Shown: positions 11,915 to 25,439 of the stretch, one piece after another
Layout of the letters: each line of letters opens with the position of its first letter
Position numbering within the stretch: position 1 is the first letter of the stretch
Origin: Chiloscyllium plagiosum
Taxonomy: Eukaryota
Direction: 5' to 3'
NCBI RefSeq assembly: GCF_004010195.1
Contig: NC_057718.1
Span: forward strand, 76,954,079-77,018,078
DNA: 64,000 nt
Translations under genes and position numbers: made by a program
Notes under the pieces: generated by a model
Databases searched by the model: none
The model's input: only the letters and a program-made list of their open reading frames with translations
What the model was told of the DNA's origin: nothing

Positions 11915-13109
11915 AACAAGAGGCCTCACCAATGTCCTGTACAACTTCAACATGATGTCCCAACTCCTATAGTCAGAGGTCTGAGCAACAAAGGCAAGTG
12001 TGCTAAATGCTTTCTTAACCACCCTGTCTACCTGTGATGCAAATTTCAAAGAATACGTACATGAACCCTAGGTCTCTCTGTTCTACAAAACTACCCAGGG
12101 CTCTACCATTAATTGTATGAGCCCAGCCTGCGTTTGTTTAATCAAAATGCAACACTTCACAGTTATCCAAATTAAATACCATCTGCCATTCCTCAGCCTA
12201 TTGACCCAATGGATCAATATCTCTGTGTAATCTTAGATAACCTTCTTCACTGTCCACGATACCCCCAATTTGTGTTTCATCCACAAACTTACAAAGCATG
12301 CCTCCTATATTCTCATCCAAATCATTTAAACACATGACAAACAAAAGCAGACTGAATACTGATCTCTGTGGAACACTGCTGGTCATAGGCCTCCAGTCCA
12401 AAAGACAATCCTCCACCATCATCCTCTCCTATCTTTAAGCCAATTTTGTGTCCAGTTGGCAAGCTCACCCTGGTTCCCATGTGATCTAATTTTGCTATTT
12501 AGTCTACTATGCAGAACCTTGTTAAATGCTTTACTGATGTCCATGTAAACAAATTCTATCATTCTGTACTCATCAATCTTTTTGATTACTTGTTCAAAAA
12601 ACTCAATCTTCGCACAAAATCATGCTGGTGATACCTAAGCAATCCTTGGCTCTCCAAATGCATGTAAATCCGATCTTTCAGAATCACCTCCAGCAACTTA
12701 GCCACCACCAATACCAGGATCTTATGTCTATAATTCCCAGGCTTCTCTTTACAGCCTTTCTTAAATAATGGGATAACATTAACCACTCTCAATCCTCTAG
12801 CACCTCACCCATGGTTATGTAGGATGCAAATATTTCTGCTAGGGGCCCCACAATTTCTTCCCTAACTTTCCATAACATCTTGGGATACACTTGATCAGAT
12901 CCCGGAGATTTATTTACCTTTCTGTTTTCTATGATCTCCAGCACTTCCTCTTCTGTAATGTGAAATGTTTTCAAAACATCTATATTTATTTCCCTGAGTT
13001 CTCTAGCCTCCATTACATTCTCCACAGTAAAAAACTGACATAAAACATTCACTGAGTATCTCTCCAATGCCCTTCTTGTATTGCGATAATCAGAACTTGA
13101 CACGTTGTA

Positions 13110-14530
13110 TATAGTTCCACTAATCCGCCTGCTATATTGCATATCTTGGCTAATAAAGAAAGGTGTGTTGTTTGCCTTCTTGACCACCTTAATAAACTCT
13201 CCTGATGCTGTCAGGCTTCTGCAGATATGTGCTCCGAGTTCTTTGTTCCTCTACACTTCTCAGCATCCTTGGATTTCTTGTGTTTTTCCTCTATAAGTAC
13301 ACTACCTCACAGTTCTCTGCTTTGAATTTCGTTTGATACTGCCTGCCTGACCAATTCATTATAAGCTTGCTTCAGTCCACGGCTTTCTTATTATCAACCA
13401 AATCATCCATTTTTTGTTTCATTTGGAAATATCTTAATTATGCCCCCTCTAATTAAGTCTAAATTATTCTTGTTTACAAATCCATGCTTCCCATCCAGCT
13501 TTGTCCTGACCAAACTTTAAAGGACCCCTCAACACCAATCTTTACAACAAAATTATTTGCCAACTCTGTAATTCTGCATCCATTTGATCAATTTTTTCGT
13601 ACATGAAATACCACAGGAAGTTTTATCCATTTAATATTTGTCAAATTAATACATTTTATTTCACTATTTTGTTTTAGTGTCAATTGTTTTTCTCTAGCTT
13701 GTATAAGAGATTTTCTTTAAATGTAAATTTACCGAGTGCACAAATATCTTGAACTTATCCATTAATTTCTATCATTGCATTTGAACGACGATAGGACATT
13801 TTCCACTTTACTATTCCTACTATTACTTGCATTAACTGTAAACTATGAAATAGTTTATATTCTTCTTTCGTTTATCTCTTATCACTACCTTCTCTTATTG
13901 TCTTATTGTATTGTCCCATTCAAAAAAGCCAGTTGTTTCTCCTACTGATATCTTTTTTCATTTTTTCTCTGTATCATTTCAGATGTCCTTGTTAGTTTAT
14001 TTTTTCAGCTCCTTGATAGTTAAGATTTTTTTGTCATTCATTTCAGAAGCCAAAACTTTTAGTAATACTGCATTAATTACATTTAGAAGTGTATCAAACT
14101 GTATATTCCTTATGATAATTGTAAAACATCTTTAACTGGTTGCATCTCATGCTTCCTGCATTATTTCAACACTCATTGTGAAAGTTAGATAGCAGTATAC
14201 CTTGTCTTTTACCAGATCTTTCGATATTTATCGAGAATTGCTGTTATGACGTCTGTTGTCCTAGTTTCTCCTCTCCTCTCACTTATCATCAAACTTTCTT
14301 CGAATCTTTGATATTCCAACAATAATAGTGAAAAATATGAGAAACATAATGTGATGATGGGACTTTCTCTGCTTCAAAAAGATGTGCAACGGTTGATCTT
14401 GACCTCACGACTGAATCAAATTATGAATGTCCTGAGTCATTTCATCTGAGGATCTTTCACTATCAATGTCATTGTTCCCTAATGATAAATACAGTTAAGA
14501 TTTACAGGCATGATAGTCCTGATGTTAACA
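13110..14530 (-). mobile_element. Very old CR1 fragments (RT and endonuclease regions)
   Basis: Degenerate similarity to the other CR1 copies in the window. Confidence 0.45.
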
Positions 14531-14599
14531 ACATGCTGAAGTCCTGCCAGACATCTCAACCTTTCTTTGCTATGTTTATCTCCTTTCTAAATATGTCTA

Positions 14600-15330
14600 T
14601 CTATGACAGTACTGATTTGATCTTTTAAAATCTGTCCCTACCATGCCCTTTTACTTTTGATATTCAAGCCATGACAAAGACTACCTCCACATCCTATGTT
14701 TTTTTCTTGATCATTCTTCATACGACCTGATGACTGAACTTGTATTCACCCATAACCACTTCTCTTTAAAGTCTATATACTTCCTTCAGATCAAACTTGT
14801 TGCTATGGGAAGTTACATGCTCCAGGTTATGCTTACTTCTTTATGTTGTATGATAAACAATTCTTATAGCTTTCCTCCTCAGGCTGCTCCTTTTGATTGT
14901 TCTTTTAGACTACTGAACTGTTATTACCAATTCCTGCTCTCATTGTATTCTGAAGGAGTTCATTGGCCTTATTTCTCATTCATCCCTCACTTCATCCAAC
15001 ATTTTAATTGAAAGTGTTTTATTTCAAATGGCAAGGAGCTCAAGCTTCAATAACTTTGAGATACTAACTTTCCTCCTGATCAATAATCTGTATCACTTTC
15101 TTCTGATTCCAACTCTCTTTCCAATCCTGACTGATTGGAATGATCAGTTCTCAACAAGGTCTCACCATCATCTTTTTCTCTCAATTTCAATCCATTTTAA
15201 AAGTCACTTTAGCACCCAATTTCTTGTTGACAGACACTTCTTTCTCTTGCACAGTATGGCCATTTTTCCTTCCTCAGAGTTCTCTTTCCATCTAGACTGC
15301 TTCCTTTGGCCTCTTACCGTCTCCTGATCT
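14600..15330 (+). mobile_element. Decayed PLE reverse transcriptase fragment
   Basis: ELVFTHNHFSLKSIYFLQIKLVAMGS matches the PLE RT at 29064 (ELVLTLINFTFKSSHFLQTKGVVMG). Confidence 0.7.
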
Positions 15331-15449
15331 TGTCAGTGAGAACCACCGATGGAACATCAACCAACACCAATTTTCTGCTCCCCAGACTCTCTGTGACATA
15401 TCTCCCTCTGAATCTAACGTCATTTCCCATGCTTAATGCTCAGTTCTAT

Positions 15450-15985
15450 CACAGTTCCAGAGACTGAAGCAGCAAGAACTGGACAGCATTCAGACATGGA
15501 TTAAAGGCTGGAAAATAATGTTTGTGCCATATAAGTACCAGGGAATGGCTATCTCCAACAAGTGAACATATGACCATTAGCCTTCAATATTCATTACAGT
15601 TGATTCTACTGATATCACCAGCTTAGAGATTGACCATTGACCAGAAATTTTAACTGGACTACCCACATAAATACTGCAACCACAAATGCACACCAAAAGT
15701 TAGTTACCCTACAAATAGTAACTAACTTTAACTCCCTTTCAACAAGGGCATGAATCAGGAATGCAATGGAATATTTTCCATTGGCCTGGACGGGTGCAGC
15801 TCCAACAACACTGAGGAAGCTTGACACTATCGAGGACAAAGCAGCCTATATGGTATGTCTGTATGTGTTTGCCATCTACAAGATGGCACTCTACCATTCC
15901 ACCACTCAGAATGAAAAGAGGAGCATGAACATTTCAGCATTCCCACTTGCAAGATCCCCACCAAATCAGAACAGCATGTTTGGAA
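15450..15985 (+). mobile_element. LINE fragment (second CR1/L2-like family)
   Basis: MEYFPLAWTGAAPTTLRKLDTIEDKAA; similar to 22670-23430. Confidence 0.7.
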
Positions 15986-15989
15986 AAAC

Positions 15990-16880
15990 GTTGCATTTAG
16001 GGAGTGGCATGTTTGAGGATAATGATAGATTTGTGAATAATAGGTTTGGGGAAATTTGGGGAATTGTGTGCTTGGGGAATAGTACATTTGAGATTCCACT
16101 GTTTGACTAACTGGTTTCAGGCTTATTATCATTTGTATGAAAAGACTACTTTTCCCTTGACGAGGAATTATAGCCTGTGGATTGGCAAGAGCAGGAAGCC
16201 AAAATGGTCACTCATTTATGACAGTGGACAGAACTACTCTGAGCATTGTCTTACTGGAATCGAATGTTGGTCATAAACCAGCTAGTTGGTGCCACGTTGT
16301 GGTACCAGTTTGTCACTTTGGTCCATCCCTGGACTTTGTCATAACTGTACAAAGAAAGCTCAAGGAGCTATTCTAGAACCAAAAGCAACACTGGAACACT
16401 ACTGAGCTGCTGAGTCTCCTGTCTAGGGAGAGGTTGGGGAGGGGTTTGGTCAGCCGCCCATGTGCATCCATACCTAGAAAGTGACTTTACTTGCACAGGA
16501 GTGCAAGTCCATCTGAAGGTTGATATTTGGGTAGGGATGTGAATCTTTCTCTGTGATCCTACATCCTTAATCAGAGTCATCCTGTGTTAATTCCCTTAAA
16601 AATGTTGTGAAGGTGTTTCCTCACTTTGTCTGTCACCTGATTGTGCCTGAACACAATGTCATACCTACCTTCCGGAGGCAGAGATCCTCAGTAGAGGGTT
16701 CTCTATAAGACTGTCTATAACCCCTTTCCATTGGGACCTGGAGTGGACTGAATACAGCAGTCAGATATATTTACAGAGGCTCATTGGATGGCAGACCTTT
16801 CTCGCCTGGAGAAACTAAATTCTGCATTTAGTTAGATTGTTCTCAGTTGCGACCTTTATTTATATTTTTTAAAGGACTGC
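15990..16880 (+). mobile_element. Possible decayed L1/Tx1-like ORF2 C-terminal region
   Basis: WMADLSRLEKLN followed by an RP(F)I-like segment near 16785-16870 resembles fish-type L1 C-termini. Confidence 0.35.
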
Positions 16881-17387
16881 TTTTAAAGTTTTAGTTGCAC
16901 TCTAGACCCATATTCCTAACCTATAGATACCCCATTCAAAGAGAAGCAAGATAATTGATGGACCTCCTCCTGGACCTGGCTAAGATGACCATCAACATTG
17001 ATCCAGATGGTGATCCGTGAAGGGTTTCAGATCTCTTGACTGTCTGCCCCTCTTCTGAGATTACATCATGGAGAAAGAGCATGTGGAGTCCATTGACAGG
17101 AAAAAAAAAACCTTAAGTGAAAGCTGAGGTTAATTTTGTTAAGTTCCCATTGAAATATTGAGTGTGTGTTTGTTTTGGTGCCCCACCAGGGACTGTTAAA
17201 AGCGTGATTGTTTATTATTTAAGGTTAGAAAGGAGGTTTGGCTGCAGCATTGTACCCCAACGTTTAGTTTGTTCCACAGCACGTAATACAGAAGTGCGTA
17301 ATAGGTAGAAGGTTGGCTGTATCCGTGGGCCATGGAAAATGCAAATGGCAAAGAGTCGGTGGCGTAATGGAGGAGCATTTTCAGACC

Positions 17388-17612
17388 CAGGGAAGGGCAC
17401 TGTATGTTTAAAGGAAGGGGGTGGGACATTGTCTGTCAGGGGTTGGGGCATTGCCTGTTGTGGGGAGAGGCATTGTCTGTCAGGGGTGGGGCACCATATG
17501 TCAGGGGGGGAGAGGCACCGTCTTCCAGGGAAGGGGCACTCTGTCAAGGGGAAGGGACACTCTCTGTCCAGGGGAGGGGCACCATTTGTCAGGGAGAGGT
17601 ACACTATCTGAA
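17388..17612. repeat. G-rich minisatellite, ~21-bp unit (ggggaggggcaccgtctgtca-like), ~10 copies
   Basis: Direct reading; explains the overlapping Gly/Arg/Pro-rich ORFs. Confidence 0.85.
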
Positions 17613-17771
17613 GGAACCTGCAAATCAAAGGTGCCCCTGAGGTCTAAAAGTGAAGTTCTGAATGGCAGAAGCAGATTCTGAGTTAGTTTGTCTGAGATCA
17701 ACCATGATAATGCGGGAAGGCTGGTTGTTTGTCAATGTTGACTTTGGTAGGTGTTGGTTGGGTTAATCATA

Positions 17772-17902
17772 GAGGAGAAAGTGAGGTCTGCAGATGCTGG
17801 AGATCAAAGTTGAAACTTTATTGCTGGAACAGCACAGCAGGTCAGGCAGCATCCAGGGAACAGGAGATTCGACGTTTCGGGCACAGGCCCTTCTTCAGGA
17901 AT
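17772..17902 (-). mobile_element. PLE family A 3' repeat with tail and intact hammerhead core (17871-17898)
   Basis: Reverse complement reads CTGAAGA-A-GGGC ctgt GCCC-GAAA-CGTC. Confidence 0.88.
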
Positions 17903-18890
17903 AGAGTAGTTGAGTTATAGGTTTCACCTGAATTGGAAAGGGACCAATATCTTTCTGGAAAGATTTACTATTTTGGGAGCCTGTAAATATAGGGACAGGG
18001 GAAGCGTATTGGGAGCTTCCTAAGTAACAGTGAAAATACAAAGAAGGGTGGAAATGGTTCTGAATCAGAAAAGAGCAAGTTATTTAGAAAAGACAGACAA
18101 GAGCAAGTTCAGAGAATGAGGTAACTGAAGAATCTAACTGCATTTATTTCAATGCAAAAGGTCTTACAGGTAAGACTAATGAACTCAGGACATATATGGG
18201 AACATGGAACTAGGACATTGCAGCTATTATAGAAACTTGGTTGAAGGAAGGATGACTGGCAGCTCAATGTTCCGGGTTTTAGATGTTATAAGAAGGGAAT
18301 AAAAGGAGGCAAGAAGGGAGGGGATGGTGGCATTTTTGATTAAGGAAATCATTACTATTGTAGTAGAGAAGATATTTCTGAGGGATCATTTAGTGAAAAT
18401 ATATGGGTTGAAATTAGAAATAGGAAGGGGTGATCCCCTTGTTGGGATTGTACTATAGGCACCCCCTCCATTAGTCAGAGGGAAATTGAGAAGCAAATAT
18501 GTAAAGAAAAGTCCCAAATATATGTAAGAATAATAAGGTTATAATAGTAGTGGATTTTAATTTTCCAAACATTGACTGGGGTTGCCAACATATTAAAAGT
18601 GTGATAGTGAAGAATTTGTTAAATAGTTGAAGAAATTTTCCTTATCAATATGTAAATGTACCTCCTAAAGAAGGAGCAAAATCTGACTTTCTCTTGGGAA
18701 ATAAGGCAGGGCAAGTGACTGAAGTGTTTGTAGGAGAACGCATTGCGACTAGAGGTCATATTACTATTAGTTTTACAATAGTTATGGAAAAGGATAAGTC
18801 TTCCATAAAAGATAAAATTCTTAAATGGAGAAAGGCAAGTTTTAAGTATATGAACCAAGAACTTTCAAAAGTTGATTAGAATAGAGCTTT

Positions 18891-19021
18891 GAGGAGAAAG
18901 TGAGATCTGCAGATGCTGGAGATCAGAGCTGAAAATGTGTTGCTGGAAAAGCGCAGCAGGTCAGGCAGCATCCCTGGATGCTGCCTGACCTGCTGCGCTT
19001 TTCCAGCAACACATTTTCAGC
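18891..19021. mobile_element. Minimal 131-bp PLE family A fold-back
   Basis: ~36-nt tail, then perfect ~47-bp inverted arms around a 2-nt loop; TSD tagaatagagcttt at 18877-18890 and 19022-19035. Confidence 0.92.
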
Positions 19022-21229
19022 TAGAATAGAGCTTTCACAAGTAAAGGGAGGACTTACATTGTCGGAGGCCTTTAAAGTGTCATAACCAGAGTTCAGAGGC
19101 ATTATGTTCCCATTAGAGTGAAAGGCAAGGCTGGTAGGATTAGGGAGTGATGAATGAATATAAGGATTGAGGTACTAGGCAAGAATAAAAGAGAAATATA
19201 TATTAGCTATGTATGGGATCAAATGAATCTCTTGAAGTGTATAAAGAGTGTATGGGCATGCTTAAGAAGGAAATCAGGAAGGCAAACAGGGGATATGAGA
19301 TAGCCTTGGCAGATAAGGTTAATGATAATCCAAAAAGATTCTCCAAATGCATTAAGAGCAAGAGAGCAACTAGAAAGAGTAGGATGCATTAAAGGTCAAC
19401 AAGGTTGTCTTAGTGTTGAACCTCAGGAGGTGGGAGAGATATTAAAGGAATATATCGCATCTTACTGTTGAGAAAGAAATGAAGGCTAGAGAACTCAGGA
19501 CAATAAATATTAATGTTTTGAAAACTGTTCACATTGTGGAACAGGAAGTGCAAAGGTCTTAGAAAACATAAAGATAGATACATCTCCAGGACCTGGTCAA
19601 GTGTATCCCAGGATGTCGTTGGAAGTTAGAAAAGAAATTATGGGGTCTCTAGCAGAAATATTAGTTTCATCTATAAAAACATGTGAAGTACAGGAGGACT
19701 GGAGGGTGCTTAATGTTGTGCCATTGTTTAAGGAAGATTGTAAGGAGAAGCCTGGAAACTATAGACCTGTGAGTCTGACGTCAGTGGTGGGTAAGTTATT
19801 GAAAGTGATTCTAGAAGTTAGAATTCTAGAATCAGAGAATTCAGAGAGGCAAGGATTGATTAGGGATTATCAGCATGGTTTTGAGCAAGGAAAATTGTGT
19901 CTCACAAACTTGATTGAGTTTTTTGAAGAACTAACTAAAAAGATTGATGAAGGTAGAGCAATAGATGTTGTTTGGTTGGACGTTAGTAAAGTCTTGACAA
20001 TGTTCCGCATGATAGACAAATTAGTAAAGTTTGATTACATGGGATTCAGTGCTACTTGGATACAAAATTGACTTGTTGACTAGACGACAGATGATGGTGG
20101 TGGAGGGTTGTTTTTCAAACTGGAGGCCTGTGACCAGTGGTATTCCACAGGGATCTACTCTTGTTTGTCATTTATATAAATGATTTGGATGAGGAGCATG
20201 GTTTGTAAGTTTGCAGATGAAACCAAAGTTGGTAGTAAAATGGACAGTGAAAAAAAATCTAAGATTATAAAGAGGTATTGATCAATTAGGTCAATGGGCT
20301 GAGGAGTAGCAGATGTAGTTTAATTTCGATAAATGTGAGGTATTGCATTTTGGTAATGTAAACAAGGACAATCAATGGTAGGGCCCTGGGTAGGTTTGTA
20401 GAAAGGGAAGCTCAGGTGCATCATAGGTATACAGAGTGGTTAAGAAAGCATTAACATGCATGCTACATTGTTTGGACCTTTGAGTATCGGAGTTGGGATG
20501 CTATATTGAAATTGTACAGGACATTGGTGAGGTCTCTTCTGGAGTACTGTGTGCATTCCGGATACTCTGTTATAAGCAGGATATCATTAAATTAGAGAGA
20601 GTTCAGATAACACTTACAAGGATGTTTTGGGAATGGAGGGTTTGAGATATAAAAATAGACTGGAAAAGATGCAACATTTTTCACCCAAGGGGCAACTCTT
20701 TCACACAGAAGGTGAGTCATATGTGGAATGAACTGCAGAGGAAGTGGTGGATGCAGATACAATTGCAACATTTAAAAGACATTTCAATAAGTTCATGAAT
20801 AGGAAACTCTTAGAGGGATATGGGGCAAGCACAGGCAGGTAGGATAACTTTAGTTTGGGAACATGATCAGTGTGGATTGGTTGGACCAAAGAGTCTGCTT
20901 TCAAGTTGTATGACTCTGTTTACAATCAGGATATATAGACAAGAAAAGCACACTGCAGATTAATCAAAATAGATGCCTATGGAATTAGGCATTGGTTGTT
21001 TGTTAACCAAGGTTTGAGTTTTATTCTTTCAAACATTATTTTGTCTATCTGGTCTGGTTTGGTTCCAGCCTCCTCCAAACTGTAAATCTGCTGCTTGCCT
21101 GAACTCATTTAACTTTTCTGCCAGGTTCAAGGGTGTGTGTTCATGACAAGCAGTAACAGAACAACAAACGTAACTGTAACTCAGCAAAGCTCAGGATAGT
21201 GAGTCTGTGATATGAGAAGCAGCTTTAAT

Positions 21230-21590
21230 TTTGCTCATTTGTGGAAGTTGGGCATCATTGGTTGGCCAGCATTTATGGCCATCCCTGCTTACTGCCTTCT
21301 TGAACGGCTGCTGTCCATGTGTTGTGAGTTGACCCACAATGCCATTAGGGAGGAAATTCCAGTATTTTGACTCAGCAACAGTGAAGGAATGCTGATATAT
21401 TTCTAAGTAAGGATGGTGAGTGGCTTGGAGGGAACTTGCAGGTGGTGTTGTTCCCATGTATCTGGTGCCCCAGTTCTTCTACATGGAGATGATTGTGGGC
21501 TTGGAAGGTGCTGTCTAAGGGTCTTTGGTGAATTTCTGCAGTGCATCTTGGAGATAGTGCACACTGCTGCCACTGTTCTTCCAGTCACAA
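21230..21590 (-). mobile_element. LINE 3' fragment (second family)
   Basis: AAVCTISKMHCRNSPKTLRQHLP; shared 3' UTR. Confidence 0.75.
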
Positions 21591-22124
21591 CTTCATAGAA
21601 TCAAGTCTGCAGTAATTTCCCATACTCAGAAACTGTGAGAAACTAACAGTGTGGGAATTTCTGCTTCCAAACTTTCAGCAATGCCATGGGTTTCTGACCA
21701 GCTTTCAGCTTCATTTTTTAAGAGCCAGCAGTGTTTTGCCACTTCTACCAAATCATTTCACCCTAGGTGACTACCTAGTTCAGCAAGTGACTATACTAAC
21801 CTTGTTTAGACAGACGTTATGAGACCCAGAATTATGGCCCAGCTGGTTCAGCCTAATGCATATCATGGGTGTAGCTCTCAATGCTCAATAGGGCCCTGGT
21901 AGCAGTCCAGCTATCAGTACTCCCACAGATTATGGGTTAGATGAGGGGCAACCCTGATCGAGTCCCTGTGGTGGATGAATCTGTTGTTCAACTGCTGACC
22001 TAATTGCAGCTTTGGTCCAAGTATGGGCAAAAGAGTTGAAATAGTGAAACTGGCATCAATGGCAATCAGAGTTGGAGAAGTGGTGGGAGCGGGGGAAGGC
22101 GGGGGTGGTAGTTCTCTCCATCTA

Positions 22125-22630
22125 TTGGAGTCATATCTAACAGACCCTTTGGTCCAAGTTGTCCATGTCGACCAGGCATCCCAATTTGACCTGGTCGCAT
22201 TTGCCAGCATTTGGTCCATATCCCTGTGAGCCCTTCCTATTCATGTACCCATGTCTTTTAATGTTGTAATTGTACCAGCCTCCACCACTTCCTCTAGCAG
22301 CTCAGTCCCTACATGCACCGTCCTCTGCATGAAAAAGTTACTCCTTAGATCCCTTTTAAATCTTTCCTCCGATGCCCTCTAATTTTGGATTCCCCCACCC
22401 TGGGAAAAAAAAACCTTATCTATTCACCCTATCCTTTTAATTTTATAAACTTCTATAAAGTCATCCTTCAGCCTCTGACTCTCCAGAGAAAATAACCCCA
22501 GCCTATTCAGCCTCTCCGCATAGTTCAAACACTTCAACCCCGCCAACATCCATGTAAATCTTTTCTGCACCTTTCCATTTAACAAAATATTTCCTATAGC
22601 AGGAAGCCCAGAACTGAACACAGTATTGTT
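22125..22630 (-). mobile_element. CR1 LINE 3' fragment
   Basis: KVQKRFTWMLAGLKCLNYAERLNRLGLFSLESQRL. Confidence 0.88.
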
Positions 22631-22669
22631 GGAGATTCATCATCTCCATTCCAGTACATCTGTGCAGGA

Positions 22670-23430
22670 GGGCCTCAGAGTCATTCTTAGGCAATACCAC
22701 CTTCAGCTTCTTTATCAATGACCTTCAATCATAAGGTCAGAAGTGGAGATATTTGCTCATATTCATTCATTGGTCAGGGCCAATCACAACTGCTCAGATA
22801 CTAAAACAGTCTGTGTCCATCTGCAAGACCTGGACAACATTCAGATTTCCGTTAGGCAATGCTCATCTCCAACAAAGAAACATTTACCATTACATAATGA
22901 CCAGTCTCAAAATCATGGGGTTGTCATTGACTGAGGACTAGACTAGCAGTATAAATGCTGTGGCTGTGAACAGATCAAAAGCTAGGAAATGGCTATGAAT
23001 TCTGCAGTAACTCGACTCCCGACTCCCTAAATTTTGTCCACCATCAGAAGTGTGATAGAATATTTCCCACTTGCCTCCAGTAGTACTCAAGAAGCTTATC
23101 ACTATCCAGGACAAATGCAGTCCCATTGAATTGCAGCCCTTTTGCCACTGAATATTTACTCCTTGCATCACTGCTGCACAGTGGCAGCATCAGAGAGAAG
23201 ATGGACTACAGCAACTCACCATGCCTCCTTTGACAGCACCTTCCAAGTCTGTAATCTTTATTGCTTGGAAGGGCACGTACATGTGAACACCACCACCAGC
23301 ATGTTCCCCTCCAAGTGACATACCATTCAAACTTAGAAATAAGACACTGTTCCTTCACTATCGCAGGATCAAAATCCAGAAGTTCACTTCCTCACAAGAC
23401 TGTAGGTATACCTGCACCCAATGAACTTTA
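22670..23430 (+). mobile_element. LINE RT 3' fragment (second family)
   Basis: Decayed PQ..LG.T.FSFFINDL...FA RT motifs and shared 3' region. Confidence 0.7.
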
Positions 23431-24336
23431 GGATTGATGTGTGGTGAGTTGTGTGATACATATTTTAATATCATTAATTTGGAGCATTGAATTTTGACTA
23501 GTTACGTGTGGGCTTTCTGTATGTTTGAAGAAATTTATTGATTAAACTTTAAGTATTGCTGTAGCTGTAACTATTTATTTTAAAACAAAATATTAAAGAG
23601 GGGCTTTGTGGAGAAAACTGAGGATTTCTTTATATTAGGAGAATATGGGAGTGAACGAAGTAAACAATGTAGTGCATTATTCTTTCACATAGAAGATTCT
23701 GGAATTCTTTTGGGTTTAGGAGAAATACCATCACCTTGGGGGAAAGCTTTTTAGTATTAGTTTGGGACATTTTGTTGAAGGCTAAGGAGTTTAGTTTAGA
23801 AGTTTCAGATCTAAAGTGTTTGGCTAAAACTGTGAAGGGGTTATTTAAACTGAGAAAGTCTAAGCTCAGTTGTATGAAGGCTCCAGGAAGAGGCTATCAG
23901 ATTCTCAAAAGGGGAATGTGAAGATGTCCAATTAGAGAGAGAGAGATAAGAGAAATTATAGTGAGAATAAGGAAATGATAGATACATTGAACAAATAATT
24001 TGGCCTGAATTTAAGACAGAGAGCTTCTCCATCATTACAAAAATGGTTTCAGGGGCCAGAATGCGGAGGTACTGTACACAAAACGGTGCATATAATTTTT
24101 ATACAGAGGCAGAGGTGTGTGTGTGCATATGTGTGTGTTTGTGTGTGAGAGGGAGAGAGAGGTTCCACGTGGCCTCTGCTTCCTACTCATTCAGTTGGGA
24201 GTCCACACCACATTCCCCCACCCCCAACACCTGCACTAACAGCTGTGCCAGCCACTTTCATCTCACTCAATCCCTCCCTTTGCCTCATTCCAGGATAAAA
24301 TGGCACAGCGGCAGAAATAGCTGAGGCAGGTAATGG

Positions 24337-24983
24337 TGTGATGATGCTGCTCATTTAACAAGGTTCTGTTGTCCTTGGTCTTTTTCTCAGAGGGCTCATA
24401 AACGGAGATTTGCTGAGAGGTCTAGCTTCGATGGGTTTTAGGGCCAATTTGATTAGAGCTAACAGATGCTTCCTCCGGGAAAAGGCTTTCAAGTTAAAAA
24501 AAAACACTTGTACAGGGAAAGAGAAGTGGCCAGTTTTCCCAGCTGAGCTTCTCTGGTTTGGTTTGGTTTTAGCAATCAGTCAGTTTTGAGGCAGCTGGTC
24601 CAAGAAACAGCTACATGGAAGAAGGTGTTCCATGCTGAATCTCTCCATCTCTCTCTCTCTCTTGTAAGACCCTGTGTTTGATTTTTCCGGTTTTGCTTAG
24701 AGATGTTAATGGGGATTGTTGCAAGTATTTGGAATAGCATCATTAAGTTGGAATACTCTGTTAGGTTTTCAGACAGATTAAATTATTCTATATTCAGTTG
24801 TCTTTTGTTTGTGTTTCATTTGGTAATCATGCAAATAAATGCTGTTTTATTTAAAACTAAGTGTTGGGTCAACTGCATCACTCCTAGACTATCCGCCTTA
24901 TACTTGCTTAAAACAAATAGCAAAGTTAGGGTCTGGGCAACTTTCTTGAAATGTTTTGAGGGGGTCTAGCCGAGTCCATAACA
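24337..24983 (+). mobile_element. Solo LTR (647 bp, Gypsy/ERV-like)
   Basis: TGTGATG...CATAACA ends; exact 4-bp TSD atgg (24333-24336 and 24984-24987); AATAAA near 24834. Confidence 0.88.
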
Positions 24984-25167
24984 ATGGGATACCTGACATT
25001 TGACTCCTCCTCCCCTATGAGGACAGGATCCTGACCATGACTGCCCTGAGCAGCCAACTGATTGTGCCCATACTTCAGACTGGTATCCCCTTGACTGATT
25101 GCATGGGAACCCCTTGACTGACAGTAACCTCCACTTGGGCTTGACAGAGGATTTAGACTTTGGGATT

Positions 25168-25265
25168 GTTCTGAGGAAAGATCACTGGACCTGAAGCACT
25201 AACTCGATTTCTCTCCAGAGGTGCTATCAAAGCTGCTGAGCTTTTCTAGCAATATCTGTTTTTGC
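25168..25265 (+). mobile_element. PLE family C 3' repeat, decayed
   Basis: gtt-CTGAGGA-a-agatcactggacct-GAAG. Confidence 0.6.
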
Positions 25266-25439
25266 TTGTGTTTGAAATGTTTGAATGTTTGCATTCAAAG
25301 GAATCTGGGTGTTTTAAACATGAAGCAAAAAGTTAACATCAAAGAGTTTTGAAAGCTCATGGTATGTTAATTTTTGTTACAATGGGTTAGAATAAAGAAG
25401 TGTCAATGCCTTACAACAATCGTACAGAGGCCACACCTC

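Larger units (their letters stand above)
10780..13075 (-). mobile_element. CR1 LINE ORF2 (RT) and 3' end, decayed, with two SINE inserts
   Basis: Minus frames KSPGSDQVYPKML, VIPLFKKGCKEKPGNYR, SSVPQRSV...CKFVDETQIGG. Confidence 0.9.
17660..20920 (+). mobile_element. CR1 LINE: ORF1 end, ORF2 endonuclease and RT, 3' UTR (decayed)
   Basis: LNCIYFNAKGL endonuclease start (~18133); VVPLFKEDCKEKPGNYRPVSLTSVVGK and QHGFEQGKLCLTNL; KFADETK; 3' end ~20920. Confidence 0.92.

Noticed and set aside
17215..17701. Overlapping Gly/Pro/Arg-rich ORFs
   Set aside because: Produced by the G-rich minisatellite.
18891..19021. Classical DNA-transposon MITE or pre-miRNA
   Set aside because: Arms derive from the PLE 3' repeat, are asymmetric, and carry a 14-bp TSD.
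23450..24040. Possible additional LTR
   Set aside because: No matching terminus or TSD could be identified.
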